This document shows, piece after piece, positions 53,701 through 64,000 of a stretch of DNA of 64,000 bases. The translations under genes were made by a program, and so were the position numbers. The notes beneath the pieces are model-generated. The model was not told the DNA's origin. It made no database searches and saw nothing but the letters and a program-made list of their open reading frames with translations. The number at the start of each line of letters is the position of its first letter. The first letter of the stretch is position 1. The stretch comes from Tubiluchus corallicola (lineage: Eukaryota > Animalia > Priapulida): positions 496,001 to 560,000 of the forward strand of contig JAQGDQ010000094.1 in assembly GCA_030141605.1 (NCBI GenBank), in the 5' to 3' direction.

Positions 53701-56700
53701 CTTTAATTTTGTAAATGCTGCAGGAGAGCATTTAAGGAGGCAGTGTTTTGGATATAAGCACGTGGTGCCTCCTGGTGTTTGTTTTTCCTAGTTTAGACAG
53801 GTGAGCTAGGTCAGGAAATAGGCCATTGGCCTCATTTCACAGTTAGCATATGAAATAAGTGAGTCACCGGTATGCGGCAAAGATGTAAGTTTCATTTCTT
53901 CACATTTCGTCATGTCATATTATTATTAATTATCATTATACCAGTTACTTAATGTTTTGACGTTGGTTTAGCAGAAAGAATTTTTAATTTTTCTTCAGAT
54001 AAAACGAAGTCGAACGCATGTCGTGTACACTAGGTAATAGGAATGCTTCAGAAAAAAGAACCAAACTGTAAACACTGAAAAGTTAAAAAGAGCTTCAGAT
54101 GAATTTTTTCAATGTGCGCCATTTTACAGTGTCTGTGTGGGCCAGTAAGTGGCGTACTCTACCGGCGTTGTTTTGTAACTTTTGATTTTCTTTCGAAACG
54201 CGGCACAAATAGCAAAGAAGGGTTGCAGTTTATACAATGAAAATTGGAACATACGATACTTTGAGGCTTCATACTGTACAAAAAATATGACTGTATGAAG
54301 AAGAAAGCCAATGTTCTAGCACATTAAGTGCTTGTTAAGAACAATAATTTTCTTGCTTGTAGTCCTTCGTTGTTTTGAATACATGACTTTTTGTATCATG
54401 CAACTTTGAAGGTTTTTGACTTTCCAGCAGATTTCACTTTAAAGATGTTTTCACGTGTCAGCTCCAAGATGCGTAAAGATTAGGAAACTTGAAACTTTGA
54501 AGCCCTGTACATTTCCTTGAGTACTGTTTCTTTCAGTTGCTCAGCACATATATACACTCACATACTGACTGACCTTACTGACTAACCAGCTAACTAGCTA
54601 TGATTTACTTAGTGTCGGTTAGTTATTTAATTAGTTAGTGTTGGTCTAGCTAAGCTAATCAGAGAGTCAATCAATTAGTTTTGGCAATTTTGTGGTATGG
54701 CAGGTTTGGTGGTATGGCAGGTTTGGCGATATGGCACATTTAGCACTATGGCGGTATAGCAGGTTTGGCAATGTGGCATTTGGCGGGTGGTGTTGGTATG
54801 GGAAGGAGGTAGAGTGTCGACAATGGGACTGATATAGGAAGGTAGAAGGGTGTTAGGGTGTGAGGAAAACCACCTAAACTGCAAGTGCGCCACAATGGCC
54901 CGAAATAAAGACCACCGAGCATTCCCTTTGGAATGCCGCTATGAACATTAATCCACTCATAGATAATACATTTAAAACTCCTGACAAAGACAATTTGTTA
55001 CCTAGAGTCTTAATTGATACAAAGGATCACATTTCAGCCCCTTTAGCACATGTTATAAACTTATCCCTCGAAAATGGATGTATTCCTAATAAGCTAAAGG
55101 AGTCGGTAATTGTTCCTTTGTTTAAAGCTAAGAACCCTATGGACTTGAGGAATTATAGACCCATCTCCCTCCTACCATTTTTTCTAAAATTTTTGAAAAC
55201 TTTTTGAGTTCAGTTGTCAGATTACCTAAACAAAAAAAAATATTATTAATACAGAACAGTTTGGGTTCAGGAAAGGTTGTTCAACTGAAATAGCTTTAGT
55301 TAAAATTGTAGAAAACAAAATAATTAAATACAGAAGGTAAAAAAGGTCACTTGGTATTTTTTGCTACCTGTCAAAAGCTTTTGACTCGGTCGATCATGAT
55401 ATACTACTATCAAAACTATTTTACTATGGAATCAGGGACAAGGCTCATCAGCGGTTAGAAAATTACCTTAAAGAGCATACACAAGTAGTTAAATATAATG
55501 GTTGTTTCTCTTCAGAAAAAATATAACTCATGGTGTGCCGCAAGGGTCAATTTTGAGACCACTTTTGTTCTAAATATATATAAATGATTTATTACATTTC
55601 CTAATTAGTTCTGTGGAAGTTGTAACTGTATATTTTTAGGTGCTGCCATCTATTAACTAATCACTTTACATTTTACCAGCTAAACTCACCCATAATATAA
55701 TTGTTCGGTCCAGTGAATATGCATACTCACTGGATCTCTCCCTATTTTACTGTAATGGTATTTGTGAAGCCAAGTTTGCATAATTACCTATACCTATATA
55801 TACTGACTGGATTCTACTTCTAGTCACTCTCTGTCTCACTCTCAATGCAGTGCAGAAGTCATGCTAGTCGTGCTACACAACTGTCTAACTCACACTCTGT
55901 GCAGTGCAGCAGTCGTGATCCTCATTTTACTTACTGTCTAACTCTCAGTGATCAGTGCAGGACATTCTTGTCCTCAGTGTGCAGTGTAGCAGTCATTCTA
56001 CATATGTGTATGTAGTCTAATAAATGTTTCAGTTTTGTGCAGATATGTGGTATAGTGTTTTATTCTTTTTCTACAAAGTGTTCAACTACAACTTCATACA
56101 AGACTTTCACAAGTTCCAAAATGATTCAATATGCTGACGACACTAGCCTCCTTTTTAATATTAATCAGTTCAATGCGCAAAACACAGACAAGATAAATGA
56201 TGAACTCGAACAAATTCCTATGTGATTCAAAATTAATAAGCTTTCCCCAAATCCGTCAAAAACTAAATACATTGTTTTTAGGTCGCGTTATAAAAATATT
56301 CTAAGTAATATTGACATCAACATAGCTCAGGTGCCCATAACATGAGTAAATGAAATGAAATTTTTAGGTGTAATCATTAATGAATTTTTAGATTGGCAAG
56401 CACACATTAATAAGCTATGAGTTAAAATGTCTAAAAACATAGGAATTATTTAACATATAAAACAATATACTTCCAAAAAAACATATGATTTCACTATACA
56501 GTAGTCTTGTTTTGCCATATCTGACCTACTGTGCAATCCTGTGGGGTACAACGTATGCCAGTGTGTTAAACAGTATGACAACGCAAATGCAACCGTCAGA
56601 TGTATAACTTACGGAAAAGATTCCAGATAGGCAACAATTATTTCAATGAAAACAGAATTTTATTATTTGATAATTTAGACAAATGATTAAAAATAGCCCT

Positions 56701-57475
56701 TCCGTTAAAAAATTTGAAGAAACATTTAAACTACAAAACTTCAACTTGTATAGTACTTCATAGTTTTTTCCCTTCCTCTTAACCCAGTAAAGTTCATCCT
56801 CTGCAATATAATCATTATTTGTTATTTCAGTTCTAGGTTAATATACCATTGGCAGTCACAGCATGATGCTAGCCATGGCGTATTCGTATAACGTACGCAA
56901 TTATTATTAATTATCATTTACTGAATTCATTATTACATATGATTGCACGTCGGCACTATCATAATAACTATAATTCTCACATCTTTTTCTGTTCTTTTCT
57001 CGTTTTAACCATAACATTTTTTACTTATTCCTGTTCTACATGCTTTTGTATATAAATTCTCCTCCTTATTTCTATTTCACATTCAGCCATTCTTACATTT
57101 ACAAGCTATTAGTATTAATAAGCTTCTTGCTGCAGTGGTGTTATCATGAATTGATACTAATATTTATAACTATATCCGTTAATTTCAACTAAATCACACA
57201 ATGATGTACATTATATGTACGTAAAATGTATGTTACTAGTATGGTAATTACTATTTATGTGAAATAAATAAGTAAAATTGAAAAAATAAATAAAATTGAA
57301 ACTCTACGTTACCTCCTGCAAGAAAAGAACTAAACCAAGAAGATTAAATCTCAAAAAGCTAAATAAATAACAGTAAACATCAAGCAAAAAAATAAACTCA
57401 ATAGAAAGACGCGAGTTCATTAAAAAATGTATTAAAGAAATGTATCTATTGTTCACTGACCTGCATTGACGCCAT
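38721..57475 (-). CDS. UBE2W: Ubiquitin-conjugating enzyme E2 W, complete (148 aa, 6 coding exons; intron 1 = 41583-57460)
   Basis: Minus-strand exons: 57475-57461 (MASMQ), 41582-41500 ([17 protein letters not shown]...), 41121-41019 ([34 protein letters not shown]), 39762-39607 ([52 protein letters not shown]), 39126-39051 ([25 protein letters not shown]), 38734-38721 (DDKV*). All introns GT-AG, phases consistent (447 nt). Not in the ORF track. Confidence 0.95.
43190..43659 (-). mobile_element. CR1/L2-like LINE ORF2 3' remnant
   Basis: Minus-strand fragments [34 protein letters not shown] and [12 protein letters not shown]. Confidence 0.6.
43660..46120 (+). mobile_element. Old, internally deleted BEL/Pao LTR retrotransposon
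   Basis: Diverged LTR starts TGTTGCTACCATATGCAGAAT (43660) and TGTTGCTGCCATATGTAGAAT (46049), the latter after a PPT agagagggggag. Gag remnant [26 protein letters not shown] (about 43700-43890); RT remnant KTRIVFNCA...QGP...[10 protein letters not shown] (about 45300-45450); integrase end PIQKLCLL (about 45950). Confidence 0.75.
46270..46500 (-). mobile_element. BEL/Pao gag zinc-knuckle fragment (opposite orientation)
   Basis: Minus strand 46448-46323 reads [42 protein letters not shown], the BEL-type CCHC followed by R..LCF.CL. Confidence 0.7.
47029..47314 (+). repeat. 5' LTR of the BEL/Pao element
   Basis: TGTTTTGG...CGTACA, a direct repeat of 53744-54029. Confidence 0.97.
47397..49420 (+). 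pseudogene. Frameshifted gag region: SAP domain, coiled coil, glycogenin GT8 domain, PAM2-like motif, BEL gag (DUF1759-like) core
   Basis: Overlapping ORFs 47397-48218, 48203-48790, 48684-49022 and 49019-49462. SAP: [31 protein letters not shown]. Gag core: [24 protein letters not shown]...[10 protein letters not shown] and [16 protein letters not shown]. Confidence 0.85.
47913..48646 (+). CDS. Glycogenin-like glucosyltransferase (GT8) domain inside the retrotransposon gag, intronless, with one frameshift at about 48200
   Basis: [23 protein letters not shown]...[21 protein letters not shown] / [39 protein letters not shown]...[14 protein letters not shown]...LPYRYN...[12 protein letters not shown]...WW is collinear with animal glycogenin-1. 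Confidence 0.93.
49407..53598 (+). pseudogene. BEL/Pao zinc knuckles plus pol (aspartic protease, RT, RNase H, integrase), split by two frameshifting deletions near the integrase
   Basis: LCFNCL knuckle; protease ALLDPGS; [27 protein letters not shown]; RNase [29 protein letters not shown]; integrase H..H..CRHC, IDCFGP, SDCGTNF, GVWE; C-terminal [14 protein letters not shown]...LKRPIHKI. Confidence 0.95.
53744..54029 (+). repeat. 3' LTR of the BEL/Pao element
   Basis: TGTTTTGG...TGTACA; differs from the 5' LTR by three substitutions. Confidence 0.97.
54680..54800. repeat. Degenerate ~18-bp tandem repeat (tggcaggtttggNggta)
   Basis: ggtatggcaggtttggtggtatggcaggtttggcgatatggca... repeated about 5 times. 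Confidence 0.6.
54941..57300 (+). mobile_element. 5'-truncated, decayed CR1/L2-group LINE interrupted by a solo LTR
   Basis: [15 protein letters not shown]...PLFK...NYRPISLLP; QFGFRKG.ST; [10 protein letters not shown]; GVPQGSIL; QYADDT; A-rich tail near 57260-57300. Confidence 0.85.
55612..56111 (+). mobile_element. 500-bp solo LTR inserted in the LINE RT
   Basis: Termini TGTGGAAG...CTTTCACA; 5-bp TSD AGTTC at 55607-55611 and 56112-56116; AATAAA near 56019. Removing it restores the frame [20 protein letters not shown]. Confidence 0.85.
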
Positions 57476-57560
57476 ACTTTTTTGCTGTCAGCAGTGTGAA
57501 TTTCGTCAACGCACCGCGTCGACAATCGTAACTCACAATTCCTTTATTCATTTAAAAACA
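57476..57560 (-). promoter_or_regulatory. Probable 5' UTR / core promoter region of UBE2W
   Basis: CpG-enriched stretch (cgtcaacgcaccgcgtcgac) immediately 5' of the MASMQ exon on the minus strand. Confidence 0.4.
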
Positions 57561-57819
57561 TAGAGGTATATACAATTATTTATGGCCGTTATAAACGAAA
57601 TATTGATTTCCAAGAAAACTGTTACTCCGGGAATTATTTATTAATGAAGTTTTTAAATTTAGCTTAAAAACAAGATAGTGCTTTTTTGTTACGTGCATTG
57701 GTCATAATCGTGAAGAAGTCAAAGTCTCGAAAAATTGATGTGAAAAAAACTTTTTGAGACTTAGTGGGCACTTTGACTTCTTTGCGATTATGTTTTCAAA
57801 TTTATTAACAATGCAAAAT

Positions 57820-59476
57820 ATATAATTATGCTGACAATAGGCCGTTATAAGCAGGACAGAATGTGCTCCAAACATTAAACAAACTAGATTCTAATTGTAG
57901 CAAAGTGTTGAACTGGTTTGAAGATAATAGCATGAAAGCAAATTCAGAAAAATTCCACGTTGTTGCCATTGGAAATAAATCACAAGCACTAAATCTAAAC
58001 TTCGACATTGACGCAAAAAATCAAAATTAATGTGACAATCAAATAAAAATCTTGGGTACATGTTTGCAAAATCCAATATAAAAACAAGTAGAAGTCCTTC
58101 CTAACTGTAAGTAGAAGAATTGCAGCATAATTTATTATTTATATCATTCTTTCACCCTGTTAAAGGAAAAGCGGATAATTGTGTAAACATTAGTTCAGAA
58201 TAAAGAATGCTCTAAAGTGATGAAAACTACAAAAGCTTTTTTTAAATCAAAGCTTAGATTAAATAATAATTACCTCGCATACTCAAATTTCGTTAAACTT
58301 TCAAAGCCACGCGCGGCTCAGTGATTCTTCTAAGATTGGCAGCGGCGCGTTTTTGTCACGTTAGCGTGGTCGATAAATAGAAGGCGGTACCATGGTAACA
58401 ATGATCATGAACTACAGTGTTAGTTTCTCACGTCATATGGATGTAGAGCCCATTTTCGTGACATCATACGTTTAAGCAGTAACACTTACGCAAACGTGCT
58501 TAACGCGCAAGGGAGATGTCTGCCATTGCACAAACTGTATTAGTTTCTGACGTAAGCAATAGCTGCGTTCGGTTGCCGTTAATTAACTTTCTAAGCTAAT
58601 TATTCAAATATAAGAAACATTTGCTAACTTTGTAGGCAAGAAAATGTGTATTTTGGACAGTAAATTAAAATGAGATTGAGTCTAAACAATCGTCCAGCCT
58701 TCCTTTAAAGTTTAATTACTGTCTGCCTGTATGGCATTTTAGTAGTTACGCAGTAACGAACAAACGTGAAAAAATTTAAGAAAGGGCACTGAGATTTACC
58801 TACAGTGATTATGCCTTAAGTTATGAAACATGCTAAACAAATTTAAAAATTCGTTAATTCTTTGCGTATAAGAACTTTAGCCTTAGAAATATTTAAAATT
58901 CTAAACAAAGAAGGAGCTAGCTACTTATACGACCTGATGGCAATTAAAGAATCTAAGTATTCATTCCGATATATTAAAATTACAAATGTACCACGCATCA
59001 AATGCACTAAATACGGCTAAACTCTGCGACATTCTGCCGCAGTTCGCGGAATCAATTGCCAAACGATAAGCGAAATGCTTAATGTAGTTATGAACTTATG
59101 GTATGTTTCAAAATATAAATTCGTGGAAAGATGACGAATATAAATGTACTGCATGTCGCAGAAATTGAAAATTTTATGGTTCTGATTAAGCTGTACTTCC
59201 AAACTATGAACTGTTTTCGAATGTGATTTTAACTCGATTAATTAAAGGCGTTGATTTTAGCATCTAAGTTAGCATTTATGATTTTAAAGTCTGCTAGGAT
59301 CCAAAGTGTTTTATTGTAGCAGTATAATTGTAAAATCTTTTTATCGCCTAAGCACTATTTTTACTAGTAGACTGGCTTTGTAATATATGTCGGCTTAAAA
59401 GTTATTAGGAGTTAGTGTTTTTTGTGTTTATGTAAAACCCGACTTTAAATAAAATTTGATTTATTTTGATTGATTT
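57820..59476 (+). mobile_element. Decayed L2/Crack-group LINE 3' part, interrupted by a MITE
   Basis: YNYADN; LNWFEDNSMKANSEKF; ERALRF; RTLALEIFKILN; VPRIKCTKYG; ends aaataaaatttgatttattttgattgattt. Confidence 0.7.
58164..58704. mobile_element. TTAA-flanked (Kolobok-like) MITE
   Basis: TTAA at 58160-58163 and 58705-58708; imperfect TIRs AGGAAAAGCGGATAATTGT and reverse complement AGGAAGGCTGGACGATTGT. Confidence 0.6.
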
Positions 59477-61040
59477 GAGAACGTACGTATTATCACGTCC
59501 GGTATTAACTTAGCGCTAGGCCGTTCGACTGCTAATACACAGTGTGCACACTCATGTGTCATCATAAATATAATAGCAGCAAATAAATGCGGTGAAATGT
59601 TTTTTTTCGCACTCCGCAACAATGTGAGGTTATATCTATTAGGAAGCCCTTGCATCTCAGCAATGTACTTAGGCACGGAACTTAACGACTTGGGTTACCA
59701 GTATAAAAGCACTACGCTGTTTGGTGCAATTAGTCTGTATGTATAATTAGTCTGTACGGAAAAATAGTCTAGCATAGACTAATTTTAAAGGGGACAGGTC
59801 ATTTTGGCGCGGCCGTTTGGGCGCCCGCCCACTTGGGCGCGAGACATTTCGGCACAAGAATCGACGCACACTACGCTTGAATAATTTCTGTGTCGCACTA
59901 CAACACGTGATGCTTATAGCTGGCCTATTAGGTGAAACCTCTTTGTTTCTTTAGTCGCAGACTAATTTTTTCAATGTACCTAAAGTTTTTGTAAACGAAT
60001 AAACAATTATTTTCGTGAATACGATCATGTAATTGACATTAGAAATAATTAAAACACTCACCATGTGCAAAAACCTGCTGTTTTTAAAGCTTATTAAAAA
60101 CTCTTACAACTCGAAAGTTAAATTACATTACATTAAGATGCACTGAAGTTTAAAATTACAATTAAATTATATTACATTAAAACGACTTTACAAAACATTA
60201 ATTAAGAAAGACTGAAGTTTAAATTACATTACATTTAAAAGACAATAATTTACGTGAATATTAACCTCATTAAAATCCATTATTATAATAATCTCGTGTC
60301 ACAGTGTATACAGTAATAATGAAGTTACTGATAATTAAAAAGTGCAGAGGTATAAAACTTAGACTGTGAAGAGGCTTAATCTTGAAAGTGATAATTATGT
60401 ATATTTGCGTTATAACGATGCGTTATAACGTTATGTCAGCGTTCAGATTACAACTGTCCTGCTACGTTCTGTTAACTTTATCAATGTATGATACTGTGTA
60501 AATAATTATCGGAGTTAACAAGATAGGAAAATTTCAAATTGACAAGAACGTGTGGAAGGCAAAGTTGAACACCAGTTAAACCATAAGTATACCACAGGTT
60601 AAGACTCAGCATTAGTTGACTTAAATTTCAAAAGCTTTTCAATACAATATAGGCGATACACCCTAAAACATATTATGAAAGAAATCTACTTAGATCTTTT
60701 CGTATAAGCATTAAACACCTGAATGTGTCAATTTTGTATGATATTGTTTAAAACCTACTTCGTAAGCAATGTGCAAAAGCACACCTGTTTCATACAGCCA
60801 GTGAGTATTAAAAATTGTTCATGTTGCTGTTGGCATTAAACAACTAGCCTACTGTATTGTCTTACGTAAAGATTTAGTTCATTTTATTCTTTGTAATCGT
60901 TAAACATATCGACAGACTGTATTTAGTCAGTTTTCTTCTATTAAATTTCTTAGACGTTTATTGAGTAAAGGTCTAAAATAGAAAACTCATTTTTTTCTTC
61001 TCCTGCAGGACACACCATTTTCTGTAGGGAGGGTGTGCAC

Positions 61041-61518
61041 TGTAACAATACCATAGATATGGTTTGTTTAGATAAAAGATCTTGGTGATTGCTTAGGAGG
61101 GTTCTGCATTCGAGACTGTCATGCTGCTCTGATCTTCTTTTTTCACTTCTTCAGTTTTGTCACTAAGTGCAGGTTGCATATACAAGCTAAATTCTTCACG
61201 CCATTTTTTCCATGCTTGTGACAGATTGCGTGATTCGAAGTTTAGTGCGTTAGGTGGTTTTAGCTGATTCATAGTTCTCTACAAATTTGCCGTCCGAATA
61301 AATACTCAAAACAACTAGTTCACTTCTGACACCATGTTACACGCTACAATAATATTAGCAACCAGACAAATGCGTGCATAATAAAGTAGTATTTATTAAA
61401 CTAATTAGGAACTTAAACAAAGAAGATCAGAGCAGCATGGCAGTCTCGAATGCAGAACACTCCTAAGCAATCACCAAGATCTTTTATCTACACAAACCAT
61501 ATCTATGGTATTGTTACA
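61041..61518 (-). mobile_element. Gypsy-derived fold-back element: LTR + PBS + gag start joined to an inverted partial LTR
   Basis: 100-bp inverted repeats 61041-61140 and 61419-61518 (3 mismatches); TSD TGCAC at 61036-61040 and 61519-61523. Minus strand: 184-bp LTR 61518-61335, PBS TGGTGTCAGAAGT 61334-61322, gag-like MNQLKPPNALNFESRNLSQAWKKWREEFSLYM from 61272. Confidence 0.85.
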
Positions 61519-64000
61519 TGCACTAGCCATTGTACTAGCATGGAATGGCTTTATTAGTTCAGTAGCAGTTCGGCCCATAGAATGGCCACTATGAGAGATG
61601 CAAGACACGTCGGCTAGTTTTGTTTCTCTCTAAATTTATTTTTTAATCTTTGCATTTTCTATTCTGTTCTTGAACAATTTCTACAATTCTACAACAACAA
61701 CTCTACTACAAATAGACGATAAAAAGTTAACAGCACTGGAGAAACCAGTGCAAAGCAAGAGTTGGAGCCGGATTCGCGAAAAATTGATTGGATCTCGATT
61801 ATATTAAAAACAGGATGTCATGCGTAAATGATCTGATAAGCTCATTTTAAAATACCAAAATTTTTCAGTGTTGCGGGACTAGGTTTCGCTCTGTTTGCGT
61901 TCAAACTTTCACTTACTCAAGGACACAGAATATACGCTCTGAATGTTATTTTGAAGTCACTTTAAAGCAGACACCTCTGTAAATCAAAACGTAATTTTAC
62001 CTGCATGAAATTCACAAATCCTACTTTCTGAGTGACTTAAATTTAAATACTTATCTGTTTTACCTGCGCAATATAATACAAGTGATGCATTCTGAATCCC
62101 CTCTTGAGTTCAGTGGTTGCTGCGATAGTTTAAGCACCATACAGGACAAGACTGCTTCTATCCTCCCAAGACTTGTCATCCGACTGTTTCAGGCGCCAAT
62201 GTGAAGGTTTGATAACACCTCAACGATAGATTGCTCTCTATGTTTTGTGTCTAATCTAGTCAGCTATTCAGTTTAATCATAAAGGTTTACTCACATGCAA
62301 AACGTTAACAGTTTGTAGATTTCAAATCTTACCCATTTTAATTTGGCAATAATTAGTAACTGAGTCAATCATTTTAGTTGGCGTGGGTAGCTCTTTTAAA
62401 GCTGGTTTAATGTGTCCCAGTTGTTTGGTCTGCATGGTAGTTTATCTTCAGGATGAGGTATTCGGACCGAGATCTCTCATCAACCAATAATTCTGGTTCA
62501 ATCCGTTTACTCATTACTGCATACCAGTTCTAACACTAGTGTTGCGAAGGTGGCCACGAGGTCCAGAGTTCAAATCATATCATTCAAACAATGTTGAGTT
62601 GTAGTTGAGAAATCAACTCAAATTCAAAAAAGTTAAACAGAAAATTAAAATGAGAGCTAGCCAGAACCTTTTCCTGCGTTTCTCATGCTGATCATAATTA
62701 CAGAGCAGGTGCTTTGATGGTACATGCTCCCACACACATATCCATTTGTGCACTAAACCGTATTCCATACCATGTAGCTACTATTATAGCTGCTATGTAG
62801 TGCTGATATGGAATGGTTTCCCAATAAGTTGAATCATCAGAATGTGAGGTTGGGGTGAAAATAAATGACCTTTCGTTCAGCAGTAACAATGTAACAACGT
62901 TGTAAATATCCTCAAATTGTATGAACATCGTGTGTATGATACCTGCTGACTGTCTTAATGAATGTATAGGCCTAGTATACTGATTTGGAATTGCATGTGG
63001 TGAAAAGAAGATTACAAGTAGAGGTCGTGAGTCTGGGACAGAGCCAGGATTCTAACACGATTGTCCGATTTTAGTAAAAAGTACAAATTTGAGGATTCAT
63101 TGACGATGCGCACTTTGGAATTCCATAATCCGCTCTGGCAAATCACAACGTTTGCAGTGCGCCAGGCTGGTGAAGAGTTTAAATGCGAAAAAGAAACTTC
63201 CGTGTTTTTCAAGATGGTGGCAGTTTCGCGGATCAAAAGTTGCTAAAGTTTGTTTGCGACTTCGTGTATTATTGATTATCGGCTCTGCAGCTACTAAAAT
63301 AGAATTGGTTTTAAGAACATTGAATGCTTTGATTATCTGCGATTGTACTGAACACGGTTTAGAGTTTTAGAAAAAGGTGTGTAAGACTAACAGTCTAGAT
63401 AAGTTGACTCACTGTTGGAAGTTTGATGGGTCCACGATGGCATGCCATTAGCAGTGCTTTAGTGCAGATTTGCAAACCAGAATTATTTTTAAGATAGCAG
63501 ATACATTTAGATAGTACTCGCACGACAATGATTAGTTAGGCCGTCAATAAAATCTCTTGTTTCATTGATGTATTGAGAACATATCACCCCAAGTTACATT
63601 GGCACTGTATAAAACAACGAACTTCACACGATCGTAGACTCTGCTATTTTTTCTCTTGTGTCAGGTTCTAGTAGGAGACAGCACACAATAAACAACAATG
63701 CAACGAAATTGTAAGGCAAAACTTTCTTTGTTAGAACTGTATTGCTTTTGATTTTTGTTGGTGCATTGCAGTAAAAATGTAATTATAATTAAATTTTGGT
63801 AATGGTTTTGTGCAATTGTATCGTGCTCTCTTAGAAACAAGACCAAAACTCATGAATTATAATGTAGGATAGATGTGGAATGTACAGATACAGTCTTAAC
63901 TGGTGTTAGTGTTGAAATTTGCAAAACACCGAGTGTGTGTAATTGACATTTACAAACAATGTATTGTCATTAGCATTAATTAATGTCAATTTTTACATTT

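Larger units (their letters stand above)
47029..54029 (+). mobile_element. Full-length-structure BEL/Pao LTR retrotransposon carrying a glycogenin domain, antisense within UBE2W intron 1
   Basis: Two 286-bp TG...CA LTRs with 3 mismatches; 5-bp TSD CTAGG at 47024-47028 and 54030-54034; PPT aaggaggcag before the 3' LTR; gag-PR-RT-RH-IN order with BEL-specific motifs. Confidence 0.97.

Noticed and set aside
58300-58580. CpG-rich promoter-like stretch with an X-box-like GGTACCATGGTAAC
   Set aside because: It lies inside a TTAA-flanked MITE nested in a LINE, so it is more simply explained as transposon sequence.
62698-63846. Short ORFs at the window end and most other 60-110 aa ORFs in the track
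   Set aside because: No recognisable motifs or consistent splice structure; many are antisense shadows of TE frames or chance ORFs.

Overview
AT-rich, intron-containing animal (invertebrate-type) genomic DNA with three recognisable host genes. (1) The 3' end of a PPM1H-like PP2C phosphatase (+, exon 424-609) appears to splice in frame onto a 299-codon acidic repeat exon (2362-3259). (2) A complete 8-exon Rab23 (+, 25884-33352) has one GC-AG intron and an upstream RFX X-box. (3) A complete 6-exon UBE2W (-, 57475-38721) converges on Rab23. The ~15.9 kb first intron of UBE2W is packed with TEs. Its standout is a recent 7.0 kb BEL/Pao LTR retrotransposon (47029-54029; 286-bp LTRs differing at 3 positions; CTAGG TSD). 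Its gag has an N-terminal SAP domain and an intronless glycogenin (GT8 glucosyltransferase) catalytic domain that lacks the self-glucosylation tyrosine loop. Also notable is a 478-bp Gypsy-derived fold-back insertion with two inverted U3 ends and a clean TSD (61041-61518). All family assignments come from reading translations against remembered protein sequences; no searches were run.
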